A DNA stretch of 63,109 nucleotides, filler included, from 10 parts of 10 records of this genome joined end to end with filler, not necessarily neighbours in it, one strand, 5' to 3'; positions 11,425 to 23,524 are shown, counted from the whole stretch's first letter. Program-made: numbers and translations. Notes: generated by a model not told the origin, from the letters alone.

Positions 11425-12712
11425 ATGCTACGTCTGGCTCGGGCCACCGGACGCGCGCGGACATGGTCTGTCCGGAGCCTGGTGCTCGACGCGCACGCTG
11501 CTCCAAAGCTGCAAGGCGCCCAGTATAACCCCGAGTGGACCCCGGATGGGAACGAGGGCGGGGTGGATACCAACAAGCTGCCATGGATTCCGGTCGACGC
11601 CATGCCCGGCTGCTCGATCAAGCCTGTGCGTGTCAGCAGCGAGACTGGCGCCTACACAGCCATAGTGAAGATCCCCAAAGGGGTGACCGTCCCCAGGCAC
11701 GTTAATCTCGGGGCCACCGACACATTTATTCTCTCCGGCAAGCTGGCCTACGGCTCGGGTCCCCTCGAGGGCAGCATCGGCCCGGGCGTGTGGGGTGCGC
11801 CCCGATCGGCTGAGTGGCGCCAATGATGGGTTGGGTCAGGGTATGCTCCGGCTGGTGCGCTGATGGAGGGCACGACCGCCCAGGAGGACACAGGCACGTG
11901 CTGGCCGGCTACCCGAGTGATTTTGGGGCTGTGGACAGAGTATCTGGGCACCTTCTACGGGCCGGTCGCCTTCATGGACTCGGCCAACAACGTCAAGAGC
12001 CTGCTGACTGGGCAGCATGTGCAACAGATGGCCTCCAACGCTGGAATCAGGCTGCTGCCCAGCACGCTGGCCGAGGCAATGCAGACCACATTCTCAGCCT
12101 ACAGCGGCCCCGGCGAGCCACTGGCTATATCCGATCAGGAGATGGGAGCTCTGTGCTCACACGGCAACCAGATTGCGCAGTCTGCCGAGCTGCTCAACCC
12201 TCACTTTGTTGATACAAACGCCATCCCCTGGATAATCAACCCCGAATCACCCGATATTGCGCTCAAAATCATGCGTGTCAGTGCCGAGACTGGCACCGTC
12301 TCGCTCATTGTGCGCCAGAACGGGCAGGTCACCCAGCTGCCCGGTGCCCGCCTCATGACCTGTTTGGCAGGCCCCACCTCACTATCACCTCGGACCTGCA
12401 GACTTTTTCATCCTTGCCGGTCGCATCGGGTACCGTGCAGGGCCCGCCGAAGGCTACGGTCCAGGCACCTACATGTATGAGCCGGCAGGCGCACGGCACG
12501 AAGCCACCCAGCCTGTGGAAACCGATCTAATCTATACGTCCAATGTGTGGGGTCCGATTCAGTTTGACTCTGGTGTGGGCACTCCGCCGGTGGCAGTGTT
12601 CTCCTGGATGTCCTACTTGGAGGCTGCCAACGCCTTCCAAACCCCGCTAATTGCAAGTACCTTCCCAAGCGACCACGGTACAATGCTGGCGCAGAACCCT
12701 ATCACCAAGTAA
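11425..12712 (+). CDS. Tandem (bi)cupin, Dke1/acetylacetone dioxygenase-like, with putative mitochondrial presequence (introns 11795-11839, 11894-11938 GC-AG, 12328-12370)
   Basis: Two repeats of DTN.xPW...RVS.ETG...H.x.LG..D.FIL.G...GP..F; Arg-rich, acid-free N-terminus MLRLARATGRARTWSVRSL. Confidence 0.75.
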
Positions 12713-12958
12713 AAAATTAATGTGTGTCGCGATCGATCATTGGTGAGCCGTACCTATTCGCTTCACTCTAAAAAAAGCATATTACCCCTTGTGTGTTCAT
12801 TGGATTGCATACATACGAGCACATGTACGGCATTGGAGGAGGAGGTTATACGCAATATTAATAGCTAAATTATAGATCCTTAGAACCTTGGATCCGAGGC
12901 CGCGAGGCCTCTCTGTTTTACCAAGCTCGAGCGCCAACGACACTGCCCGAGGTGAAAG

Positions 12959-14074
12959 ATGCAGTGCAGCCAGTGCTCGGCAGTGGTGGCGTGGCTGTGG
13001 CTGCTGGCTCGGGCGCACAGCGCATTCACGGTGAGCCGCGACAGCTTTTCGGACGGCATTACCACAGCTTCACTGCGAGTGCTCAAAAACACTGCCACTG
13101 GCGAGCAGGCCGCCATCCTCACCAACTTCGGCGGCGGAGTCGAGTCGCTCTCGTTGCGGCCAGCTGGCAGCTCCACCCCGCGCTCAGTGATCTGGACACA
13201 CGGGCGCAACGCCACGGCGGTCCGGCTGAATGCCGATTGGCGCGGGCGAATGCTCATACCATACGGCAACCGGGTGGGTGGGGCTAAGTACTGGTTCAAT
13301 GGCACGCTGCACCGGCTGCCGGTGAATGATGTAATGCCGTGCGAGCCGCCGCTGGTGTGCGTCAACAACTCGCTGCACGGGCTGCTGTGGAACAGATCAA
13401 TGGCCGTGGTGGCTCATCAGGCGGCCGATAATGCCTCGGTCACGCTGCGCTACGACTTTCCAGGGACGGACCCTGGCTACCCGTTCAGGCTGCGCACTGA
13501 AATCACATACACGCTCGCAGCCAGCGGTTTCAGTGTGGAGGTCGCTTTCACCAACCTGGACCGTGCCGGCTGGCCGCTGCCAGTGTATTCTGGCTGGCAT
13601 CCGTACTTTCTATGCCACACCTCAGCGGCTGTGGTCACCCTCGACCAGTGCACGCCGTGGGCTCACGTGGAGGTGGGCACCGGCCCGCAGTACCCGCCGC
13701 CGCGCTTTTCGAACATGGTGCCGACCACCCGTGTCATGGCTTCCGACAGGTTTAACGGTTCACTCCCGGTAGGCGGGACAGCGGGGCAACCCGAGTACCA
13801 CGACGACGAGTTCAAGGCGCTCCGGCCCCAGGATTGCGCTGACGGCATCTTTCATACAAAGTTGCACGATCCCGTGAGTAACCAGACGACTTGGATCCAC
13901 CACGAAAGCCAATTTGTTCAGATCTGGACCGGTGCGTTGAGCACTTTCGGGGTGGATGCAGTGGTGCTCGAGCCACTGTCTGCCATGAGCGACAGCTTCA
14001 ACAACCACGAAGGGTTGCACGTGCTCAGCAGCGGAGAGCGCTACACCAACACGATCGCAGTCAGTGTTGAATAG
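12959..14074 (+). CDS. Aldose 1-epimerase (galactose mutarotase-like), secreted, intronless
   Basis: LIPYGNRV, SLHG, GYPF, GWHPYF, QIWTG and VLEP motifs; N-terminal signal peptide. Confidence 0.85.
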   Translation: MQCSQCSAVVAWLWLLARAHSAFTVSRDSFSDGITTASLRVLKNTATGEQAAILTNFGGGVESLSLRPAGSSTPRSVIWTHGRNATAVRLNADWRGRMLIPYGNRVGGAKYWFNGTLHRLPVNDVMPCEPPLVCVNNSLHGLLWNRSMAVVAHQAADNASVTLRYDFPGTDPGYPFRLRTEITYTLAASGFSVEVAFTNLDRAGWPLPVYSGWHPYFLCHTSAAVVTLDQCTPWAHVEVGTGPQYPPPRFSNMVPTTRVMASDRFNGSLPVGGTAGQPEYHDDEFKALRPQDCADGIFHTKLHDPVSNQTTWIHHESQFVQIWTGALSTFGVDAVVLEPLSAMSDSFNNHEGLHVLSSGERYTNTIAVSVE

Positions 14075-14528
14075 GGATCGAATTCTAGACGCCTGCCGAC
14101 TGTCGCGGCTGGTCCAGAATGCATGAGTACGAGGCTGAGCGCCCAGATCGCCGCCGAGTAGGAGCTTGGAAAGGAGCACGCCGCCACGGTGGCGCAGGCG
14201 CCCCCCGGGAGCGGAGAACTAGTCTCGCCATAATTATGCAACATTCTGAAGCAAAGCTCGAGACGAGAAATATTAAAACTAATTACTAAGTACACGACGG
14301 TCACCGCTGGTAATGTTAAGCTTACAATCATGTATACGCGAGTCGCGGCTTTGATAAATACATGTATCTTCGACGGTATGTAACTCAGCCAGTTGGCGTG
14401 GATGATGGCTTGGACTTTTAATTATAAGGTGGCGGTTACGGATCGATTTCACGGCTGAAGATGAGCGATGCTACCACCGTAGATGATTTTGCCCCGCCCG
14501 TCGATTCTACCACCAATTGGAACCATGA

Positions 14529-14628
14529 NNNNNNNNNNNNNNNNNNNNNNNNNNNNNNNNNNNNNNNNNNNNTTAATTAATTAANNNNNNNNNNNNNNNN
14601 NNNNNNNNNNNNNNNNNNNNNNNNNNNN
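14529..14628. other. Artificial contig linker
   Basis: N44-TTAATTAATTAA-N44. Confidence 0.98.
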
Positions 14629-15539
14629 AGATCACTCAGCTTTAGCCCCTTGAGCCCCCAGTGCGGTGGGCTGGAGAGTGCGATTACGATCGAGGAGCAG
14701 ACCACAGTCACCACCGGCTGCACCACTGAGTAAATCCCAACTATCGACGCCTCCACGTGCTGATTGCCCCAGGCGACCATAAAGTAGGCTGCAGCCGAGA
14801 CCACGAATACATAGTAGGCGATCCCGGGCCACCCGCGATCGGGTATGCTCCAGCCGCCGCCGTGGCAGTCGGGGCAAAGCTGGTGTAAGCAGTACTCGGA
14901 CTGGTTCACTATCACCGCAGTCACAGTCATGAGCACAGTGGCCACCAGATACGAATACCCCAGCGCGACTAGCGGCGAGTACCGCTCCAGCAACGGCTTC
15001 TCAGACACGTAAAACAGCGAATTGAACACCGCCTGTGTGAACAGGATTAGATTGCCGGCCACCGCGCTCCGAGCCTCGTGCGACTCGGCGTCCATCAGCA
15101 CCACGAACAGGCAGCCGCCCATCGCCACCAGGATCCCAACGAACTTGAGCGCGGCCGGTCGCTCGTAACCCCACAGGATGGCGATCAGCGTGATGAACAG
15201 AGGCTGGGTCGGCTGCCAGATCCCGGCCGCGGTAGCCCCGGCCAGTTTGATCCCGACGATGAAGCACAGGTTGGTCATGAACAGCGACACGCCCGTCAGC
15301 GCGAACCGACCCAGGTCCGCCGCCCGGGGCAGCCGGTTGGCCGGCTCGCGGCAGCGCGCGATCCCGCACAGCATCGGGCCGGAGATGCCTTCCCGGATCA
15401 GGGCGAAGAGCACCGGGTTCATCCCGTCGAGGCAGACGGTCGACACCACGTTCCCGATCGCGAACAGGCAGTTGGCCCCCAGGATCGCCAGGTGCGCCAG
15501 CCCCCGGGCGCGGCCGGCCTCCTCGGGCATCTCGGGCAT
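14629..15539 (-). CDS. EamA/DMT (WAT1-like) transporter, 3'-truncated
   Basis: About 9-10 TM helices in two EamA repeats (PVLFALIRE, QPTQPLF, ASIVGIYSVVQPV). Confidence 0.85.
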
Positions 15540-15601
15540 GAGTCGAAAGTCAGTTGCTGCAGTTCAGTTGGCTGCGGTGAGGCCCCCTGGTCCAGCGCAC
15601 C

Positions 15602-18600
15602 ATGGATCCACTTACTGTGGCCGCGGCGGTGGACGCCGAGCTCGAGCGGCACCGTGAGCTGAGCCTGGCCGCGCCGACCGCCCCGGGCCCGCACCGCGAG
15701 CTGGCCCAGCTCCGCCTCCAGCTGCACGCCCGGCTGGAGGCCATCGAGTCTAGCCTCAGGACCGACCCGGCCCGGCTCCCTCGCCGGCAGGCCGACGCCG
15801 TCGCCTCGCTCTGGGACACCTCGTACCGGATCCGGCGCGCGCTTGCCGGAGCCTCCCCCATTGGCACGTATCAGCCGGCGCCGGACTCGCCAGGCAAGCC
15901 ACCGGTTGGCCCCGAAACCGGCGGTAAGCGCGGGAGCACGGCTCGGGTGAGCGAAGGCGAGTACCTGCTGCGGCACCGGGGGTCGGACCGGCTTCTGGCG
16001 CTCCTGACCGACTGGGACGGCAACCCGCGGCACTGTTCGTGCATGGGGCTCCGGCAGATCCAGGCCGAAGGGGCGCTCCACCGCTGGCAGCTCACTGTGG
16101 CTCCAGACGGGCTCTGCCAGATACGGTCCGCCAACCGGCTGGTGCTCGGGCTCGAGGCCGGGGCCGAGGTCGGGTTCAGCGCGGCTGGCGACACGCGGTG
16201 GGAGGTGCGCCGGCAGGACGAGGCGGACGATGCCGTGTGGCTCCGGGGTGAGGGTGACGCCTGGCTCGGGGCAGACCGGACGGGCGAGCTGGAAGTGCTC
16301 CCTGGGGCGCACCAGGGGGCGGCCTGGGTGCTGGAGCGGCCGGACCTGCGGAGCCCGCTGCTGGGCGACTCGGAGCAAGTGCTGGTGAACCTGTTTGATG
16401 TGGCTGACAGACCGCTCGCACGGGCCAAGGGCGAGGTGGGATGCCGCGAGTTTCGGGACCCGTTGACAATGCACCCGTCGGACGACTGGCTCATAACGGA
16501 CGCAGGCGGCGGGTCGGTCCATGTGACCGACCCTCAGGCGGGCGCGGAGTTGCTGGCCACGAGCTCAGGCGTGCAGATGCTCAAATTAAGCGACTTTCAC
16601 AAAGGCCCGCAAGCCCGCTGGCTGGCCAGCAGGCCCGGCTCAGACAAGGCGGTTGTGCACCTCAGCCCGTGCGGCGCGAGCCACCCGTCCGGGGGGCTGC
16701 AGTGGGAGCGCAGGCTGCTCTCCAGGCAGAGGTCAGTCGGTTTCGACAAAGGCCGGGCCTCCGAGGCCCAGCCTGGCGTCTTCTGGCGAGTCGAGCCTGC
16801 AGGGCTGAAGCTGCCGATCGCAGTGCCTCCGGCCGAAGTGCTCATTGTCGACGCGTTTGGCCGATCTCTGAGTGCTGACCAACCCCGGCGTACTGCCCAA
16901 GTGCTTGCTGACCGGTATGGGCCGCTCGAGCGGTGGCTGGTGACCGCTGGCCCGGGCCCGGATGAATCAGCGCAGGTGTTCTGGCGGGGCGGAGACAAGG
17001 TTCTCATCCGGAGCTGCACTGGCAAAGGCTGCCTGGCACGGAGGCCCGACCGGAGCCCGCCGACCGCTTTTGGGAAGGCACCTTTGGCGGTGGGTTGTAG
17101 CAGCAGGGCGGCCGATGAGAGCTGGGGCAGCTCGCACTTGAGCCGGACGAGAAGAGCCTCGGCTCAAAGTGGCGGCTGCAGAAGGCCGGCCAGGCCGGGT
17201 GCTTTTTGTCTGTAGGGAATGAGCTCCAGCTTTCAACTGCAATCCAGCCGGGGCTGCAGAACGAGACAGACTGCACTCTGCAGCATGGACGATTCGGCGA
17301 GTCTCAGACCTGGCAGCTGGAGAGCGCGGCGGTCGGTCGGCTGGCGGGGCCGGGCCCTCACTGGCTGGCAGGCTGGGCCGCCGTTTGGGCCGCTGCCTGG
17401 GTATTTTTACATTGTGGACCACTTGAATCAGCTGCTTTCGCACGAGGCCAGCACCAAGCCGGGGCCAGTGGTGTACTCAAACAAGCAGAGCAACGGACAG
17501 ATCTGGCAGATCTCGCCTGCAGGCAGATCGGGCGACTTGGGCGTTGGGTCATGCCGGGCAGGTGGGAGCCGTGTGCTGATTGAGGCCGCGGGGAGTGGGA
17601 TGTCTCTCCACGAGTTCAACGACCACACGCTCTGCCTGATGCACCCAAACAAGGGCCACAAGAAAATCCGTTGGCAGGTGCCTGGCCCAGCGCGGGTCTA
17701 GCTGAGTGGCAAGCAGGTGGTCCCAACTGCGCAGGACAGGTTTGCTCTCGTGCTCTCAGGGAGAGAGCTCACTCCGAATGCGGCGCTCGAGCGCACACGG
17801 GCCGCTATGCGCCCTCCAGATCAGGCAGGGCAATACGTGCAGCAGTGGATGGTGGTCCCAGCCACACTCGAGCGGCCGCGCCCGGCTCCAGCGCCGCCCA
17901 GGCCTGCGCCAGAGCAGTCAGGTGGCAACGACCGGCGCTCAGGGCTGCCTTACCCGAGCAGTCTGAAGCCGGGCACTTACCTGCTGCTAGACTGGCGAGG
18001 CAGGTGCCTGAGCTGCGACTCAGACGGTGCGCCGCATGCATCGCGCGAGTGAGCTCTGCTGCCAGGGAGGGTGGTGCTCGAGAAGATCGGCGAGGGCCAA
18101 GCCGAGCGAGGCTGGCAGCCTGTGAGCCGGTCGAGCAGATGGCGGGTGGTGAGCATGGCCACTGGGTGCGCCAGAGTGGCTCTTGTCAACTGCGAGTCTA
18201 GCAAGGCGATGGGGATAGTGGACGGCCGGCTTCAGCTGGTGCCTGGCAAGCCGAAAGCGGGCCCTTGCTGGGACCTGCGCGATGCTGGCGAGGGCAAGAA
18301 GTTCCTGACCAGCCCGGACTTGGAGCTGATCAAGTCACCGCCCAGCAGCACTGGCCAACTGAGTCTGGTCGCTGGGACCGAGAGTTCGGTGTATGAACTC
18401 GATTGCGGGTGGCAATTCTCAGACGCCACTGCCCGAGCCCCCGAGTTGTTTGAGCAAACCAACACAACCGCGGCGGAGGGATCTGCAGCACCGCCCGAGG
18501 GGGTGCTGGAGAAGAGCTGTGTAGGTTGGATGAGGTACTCGATGCACCTTAAGTATAACACTCAGGTCTTGTTCAACTGGTGGGCGTTCATTGCGCTTAA

Positions 18601-19243
18601 ACACTCTAGCTTCGTTCATCGAAAGAAGCTAGTTGTCAAGACCATGGAGGAAGAGGAAAAGGACAACAAGCTGTACGACTCGCTTGCAGGGATTGACAAG
18701 AATGTGAGGTGGCAGTGGGAAGGCGATGATGGCTTGTGGGTCGACTACCCCAAGGAGCTCTCGTGGGTCATCGAGGAGGCGCATGAAGACGGGGTCAAGA
18801 AGCTGAGGATCGACATCGACAATAATCCATTCTTTCTCTGGATCCAAGGCCGAGCACAGGTGGATTGCATTGCAGGTGTTACTCGGCCAATACGTCGCCG
18901 CATGCCCAAAATAGAATGGTTTACTGTTTACACCGGTGCGATTGGCACGGGTGATAAAGCCACCAGCCAGAACCAGATACCACGACTGTTCGGCGAGGAG
19001 CAGAAAGGTTACGAAAAAATGATACAAGGCCAAGGCACGTATGCTCCTAAACAGCAATTCCCGCAGTATGAGGAGGAGGAGCCAGAGGCTGTCCAGAAGC
19101 GGTTGATGGAGCTCGAGCAGCTTCGTCGCAACAATAGCAAGGAGCGAGAGGCAGCCCTGGACGACATGAATATCTCGTATTCACGTGAGACAGCCAGTCC
19201 CAAGTCCACACGTGGCTCTAGGACTTCGAAGCACGGCAAATAG
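15602..19243 (+). CDS. Large multi-exon protein with repeated beta-trefoil/fascin-like W-containing modules and a C-terminal WWE domain
   Basis: Five ORF segments join through ~39-41-nt GT-AG introns (e.g. 18027-18065); WWE: VRWQWEGDDGLWVDYPKELSWVIEEAH...QVDCIAGVTRPIRRR. Confidence 0.6.
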
Positions 19244-19523
19244 TTGCACACGGTGCTTTAAGTTCCAGGACTACGTCGTGAACTCGGGCCTGCACTTGGA
19301 CTGCATAATTGCGCGGATGTTGTGGCCACCCTTGCATGACGCTTGTGAACTTGAAATAATGCGAGGTCAATGTGAGTGTATACACCGGCCTCGATCCACA
19401 CTAAGTACAGCCAAACCACAGCCACACCTGTCCGGCCGATTGTTTACTTACAGGATTCACAATAGTCATACATTCGTAATCTATGATAAAGCTATGAAGA
19501 ATTGTGGTAAAAAACGACGAAAA

Positions 19524-19623
19524 NNNNNNNNNNNNNNNNNNNNNNNNNNNNNNNNNNNNNNNNNNNNTTAATTAATTAANNNNNNNNNNNNNNNNNNNNN
19601 NNNNNNNNNNNNNNNNNNNNNNN
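19524..19623. other. Artificial contig linker
   Basis: N44-TTAATTAATTAA-N44. Confidence 0.98.
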
Positions 19624-22600
19624 CAAGCTACAAAGAAGAAGACGCATGCAAAGCTCGAGGACCTCAAGGAATCGCTCAGTCGGAGTCAGGACACTCTCCG
19701 CATCATGAACGAAGAATGGTCTAAGCACGTGGAAGAAAGCAATGCAATGGCCCAAGGTCAGGATCTCGAGCTCCAGGAGAACCTAACTGCTCAAGCAAAT
19801 CTGCTTGAGCAGAAGTCGGAATTGCAGAGGCAGCTTGGGACAATAGATCAACAACTTGCAGAAGCGACAGAGGTAGATCGATACCTTAAGAGTCAGCTGA
19901 AGGAGACGAAGGCGAAGCTTAAAAACGACGAAGGACTGCTAAAGGAAACGCGAGAGACAGTTTTGGCGAACGAAGAGGCAAACAATTTGTTGATTCAAGA
20001 ACTAGAAGAAATAGCGACAGCTCAGCAGAGTGCATCAGCAGCAACAAGCGCAAAGGTCGATGATTTGAAGAAACGCATTGAAGGATTCAAGAAATCGTTA
20101 ATTGCAGTGTCAAAGCGAAAAGGCAGCATGCGGCAAGCGAAGTCTTCTGACAAAGAAGCTGCTGATGATGAGGCCAAGGAGGAGCCACAGGATTCAGCTG
20201 CTACAGAGCGGGCCAGTGGCTTCAAAGCGCTATGGGGTGATGATGAGCCACAGGCAGCCAACCAATCTATCAATGTTCAGGGTCAAAAAGATGGCGACGA
20301 TGCTCCAAGCGATCAAAGTGCTGAACCAAAAGATGCGAATCCCCCAAATGAGCAAAAGCCCGAGGATGAAAGCGAAGAGGCGGCAAAGAAGCGGCAAGAG
20401 GCAGCGCGCCAACGCAAAATATCTGCGCATGAAAAGATACAAGCCGCTAAGGATGTAGAAGATCAGGTGAATTCGATTGCTGCGTCCTTGGAAGTATCAA
20501 AATCATCAGATGCTCAAAGTGAATCACATCTAGAGTACTTGACTTCAGAGCTGCTGAATTCTCAGCAGGAGTTACTTGAGAATGAAACCAAGCTGGCTTC
20601 AATGGAGGAGAAGCTCAGTACTTCCAAGGTGGAGATTAAGTTCCTCAAGACGATGAATAAAGTAGAGCAAGACAGGTATGATGCGCTGATGCAGTTCACC
20701 AAGAAGCAAGAGGCACTTATCAAGCAGTGTGAGGAACTGCTTGCAGAAGAACAGCCTGCCATTGCTCAAGAGGTGTTTGAAACGAAGACTAAGGCCCACG
20801 AGCGGTGGCTCAAAGGGCAACTTCATAAAATAGAAGGCACCGCACAAGATGCTGAGCGGGAAAGGCAAGATTCTGTTGTATTGCTGCAAGAGAAAGTGCG
20901 TACAGAGCAGGAGCTGTTAGCTGAAAAGGAGAGAGAGGCCAAACTACAATCTGAAAAGATTTCAAAGTTGGCTGAGGAGGCCATAGCAATGCTGAAGAAT
21001 GACACTCAAGCAGCAATTCTTCATCTCACTAGATTGCAAGAAGCAGCAAACTCCCGAAAGAAACAGGCTCAGTTCGAGCTCAAGAGGGAGCGAGCTACTA
21101 AAGGTCAGTTAGCTGGCAAAGCAAAACCCGGGCGCGGCGAACAAATTGCAAAGCGAGCAGCTATCGAAGCGGAGCAGAAGTTGGCACTGATGAGAAAGAC
21201 GGCCAAAGAAGCTCGTCTAGCTGAGCAGACTAAACACATCAAGCTGATTGTAAAGAAGAAAAAGGCTGAGCAGGCTCATGAAAACGCAGTCAAGGATTGC
21301 TCAAGACTGCAGAGCGAGTTTGAGGAGCAGAAAGTCAAGATGCAACAGCACCAAGAAGCCTTAAATGCTTCAATGAGCGAGCTGGAGGTCATGAAGCACC
21401 AACTTTCAAAGGTCACAACAGAGCTTCACGAAGCACAAAGCGTACTGAAGGCGCAAGAAGATGATGAAGCAGAGTTGGAAGGAGGTGAAGCAGCGTTAAG
21501 GCACGCACAAAGTCTTCAAATAGAGTCGCTGGAGAAAGCGGTTGCTTGCGACGACCAAGCCACATTGGAGAGACTATACCATCAGGCGACTGCAGATGTC
21601 TGTTCCCAAGGAATCAAACTCAGGGGACTGACAGATGCGATGAGGCAGTGCAAAAAGTCATCTGAAGGTCGAAGCAAAATTGCGGTCTTTGCTCTAGCCC
21701 AAGAGTTGGCTCGGATGGTGGAGGCTAAATGCACACTGGCGCAGATCCAGCAGATCCTTGCAAGTGCGAGTGTACACCGCGAGCCGCCACCGATGCTCAG
21801 GCGTGCTCTCCACGCAGACGAAGGGACGTCGACAGCTCGATTTCCTGGCCCGGACTTTCGCACAGCAGACTACCTTGCTGGACTATACGCCAAGTTTGAC
21901 TCCAGTGGCATTTCTCAGACCGAGATTTCAAATGCTGCAAAATACCTTGAGAGCCTATATACCAATGGCAAGCATGCTCAGGCTGCAAACCCAGTGCATT
22001 CACTCGCCACCTCCTTCCCCAATTTTTGGGAAGTGGCTGCTGTGTTTGCACGCGGAATCCGTGCTCGAGCCATCATGCAGCATGCGCTTGATAGATTCAG
22101 CATGGTGCATCAGCAAAAGGCAGTGCTCTATGCGAAGGCGGTTGAGCTCTTTCACCAGGCCAGGAACTTTCGGCAAATAGAGCTTAAAGGTGCAGAGATC
22201 GAGATCAACAAGGCTGAAGCTCAGGGTCCGGATCCAGATGAGCAGCGCATGGCTGTCACAAACTCCCTGGCACTACAAAGCAGTGACGATTTGTCCCTCA
22301 TCTTCACAGCTGGCTCTCATGACGAGCCAAGCATGCCTGCTAGACGCAAGATGCGTGTAGTAGAGTTCAACAAGCCTAGCAAAGAGCAAAGGTTCCTCCC
22401 AGAAATTTTGCCTAAGAGGAGGTTTGTGATCCGGGGGCTTTCATCTCATCACCGTGAAACTGAACCTAAGGCCATGACAAGTCGCCCCCATCCTCGATCG
22501 AAAATCCCACGGCAGGAGCACCACGGCATTGGAGAACTATACATTCCTGAAGCCAGTCAGACCGCACGGCATGCACCAAGAGGCCCTGGGTCGTTTGTGC

Positions 22601-22692
22601 TCTCAAAGGATTCGTGGTGCTTTGCTCGAAGGTGGCCCAAGGCGGAGTACAACGATGGGTGGAGGAGGGTCACACTCGCGCGCACTAGATGA
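19624..22692 (+). CDS. Long coiled-coil protein, 5'-truncated
   Basis: More than 1000 codons open from the contig edge, E/K/Q/A-rich heptads, no intron needed. Confidence 0.75.
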   Translation, partial: QATKKKTHAKLEDLKESLSRSQDTLRIMNEEWSKHVEESNAMAQGQDLELQENLTAQANLLEQKSELQRQLGTIDQQLAEATEVDRYLKSQLKETKAKLKNDEGLLKETRETVLANEEANNLLIQELEEIATAQQSASAATSAKVDDLKKRIEGFKKSLIAVSKRKGSMRQAKSSDKEAADDEAKEEPQDSAATERASGFKALWGDDEPQAANQSINVQGQKDGDDAPSDQSAEPKDANPPNEQKPEDESEEAAKKRQEAARQRKISAHEKIQAAKDVEDQVNSIAASLEVSKSSDAQSESHLEYLTSELLNSQQELLENETKLASMEEKLSTSKVEIKFLKTMNKVEQDRYDALMQFTKKQEALIKQCEELLAEEQPAIAQEVFETKTKAHERWLKGQLHKIEGTAQDAERERQDSVVLLQEKVRTEQELLAEKEREAKLQSEKISKLAEEAIAMLKNDTQAAILHLTRLQEAANSRKKQAQFELKRERATKGQLAGKAKPGRGEQIAKRAAIEAEQKLALMRKTAKEARLAEQTKHIKLIVKKKKAEQAHENAVKDCSRLQSEFEEQKVKMQQHQEALNASMSELEVMKHQLSKVTTELHEAQSVLKAQEDDEAELEGGEAALRHAQSLQIESLEKAVACDDQATLERLYHQATADVCSQGIKLRGLTDAMRQCKKSSEGRSKIAVFALAQELARMVEAKCTLAQIQQILASASVHREPPPMLRRALHADEGTSTARFPGPDFRTADYLAGLYAKFDSSGISQTEISNAAKYLESLYTNGKHAQAANPVHSLATSFPNFWEVAAVFARGIRARAIMQHALDRFSMVHQQKAVLYAKAVELFHQARNFRQIELKGAEIEINKAEAQGPDPDEQRMAVTNSLALQSSDDLSLIFTAGSHDEPSMPARRKMRVVEFNKPSKEQRFLPEILPKRRFVIRGLSSHHRETEPKAMTSRPHPRSKIPRQEHHGIGELYIPEASQTARHAPRGPGSFVLSKDSWCFARRWPKAEYNDGWRRVTLARTR

Positions 22693-23011
22693 GGCCACGA
22701 CTGGCTGACGGATGTGAGCGCAATTGCATGTATCCGGATCTATTTTACATGGCATCGTGCGGTACCGGTCGCCATTCTACAAACTTACTACATGTATGTA
22801 CAAGGTTCCGTTGATTGATCGATCGACGTCGGCCTAAACTAGGCCTAAACAATAATTATTAGCTGCTCAGAAATAGTCCTCAGTACTTAGAGAAGAACAG
22901 TTTCAAAATTTTGTACAACTAAAACTCCCTTTATACAAGTTGCGCCTAGATAGAAGTAGATAGAAGTGTCTAGAGAACAGAGCTAGTTGTTCCCGGAGGC
23001 GAGCGCCGGGT

Positions 23012-23524
23012 TCAACCGGCCGGCCCGATGGCCTTGCGCACGAACTGCCGCCGCTCCTCGGCCGCATCTCGCTCTCGGGCGACCCTGCGTTCGGCCAGCT
23101 GCACGAACAGCCGGGCCCGGACCTCCTCCTGCACCGGGGCTCGGCGGGCCTAAGGGGGGGGGGGGCACCTTGATATGGACCTCGAGGAGATCGTCTGGCT
23201 CGATGCCGTTAGCAAAGCCTGGCCCCCGCTCGATCTGGTGGCGGGCTGGGCCGGACCGAACTGGTCCTGACATCTCGTTAAGGCCTCCTCCGTCTTGTAG
23301 AAGCACCGGGAGAAGCCCAGCGCGGTGGTTACGAAGCCGGCGCAGCCCTCGATCTCGTCGCACTTCTGGACGCAGGCGTCGAGCCCGCCAGCGTTGGCCA
23401 GCTCGTCGGGCAGGCCCGGGTTGGGCCCGCAGCGTATGTTGGAGCCCTCGAGCAGCGTGTAGTCGCCCGCCCGGCACACCGCCGCCAGCCCGAGCACAAA
23501 CAGCCAGCAAGACCTCCCTGCCAT
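23012..23524 (-). CDS. Small secreted PAN/apple-domain protein (2 introns)
   Basis: Signal peptide MAGRSCWLFVLGLAAVCRA; LDACVQKCDEIEGCAGF...CFYK PAN pattern; spliced frame ends at TGA 23012-23014. Confidence 0.6.

Noticed and set aside
18050-18052. In-frame TGA between two same-frame ORFs (possible readthrough, Sec or recoding)
   Set aside because: It is removed by a canonical 39-nt GT-AG intron 18027-18065. TAA, TAG and TGA all act as normal stops elsewhere.
19624-22692. Low-GC intronless block as a possible horizontally acquired or viral insert
   Set aside because: It encodes a generic coiled coil, has no mobile-element hallmarks, and fits the 5'-to-3' GC decline of long genes.
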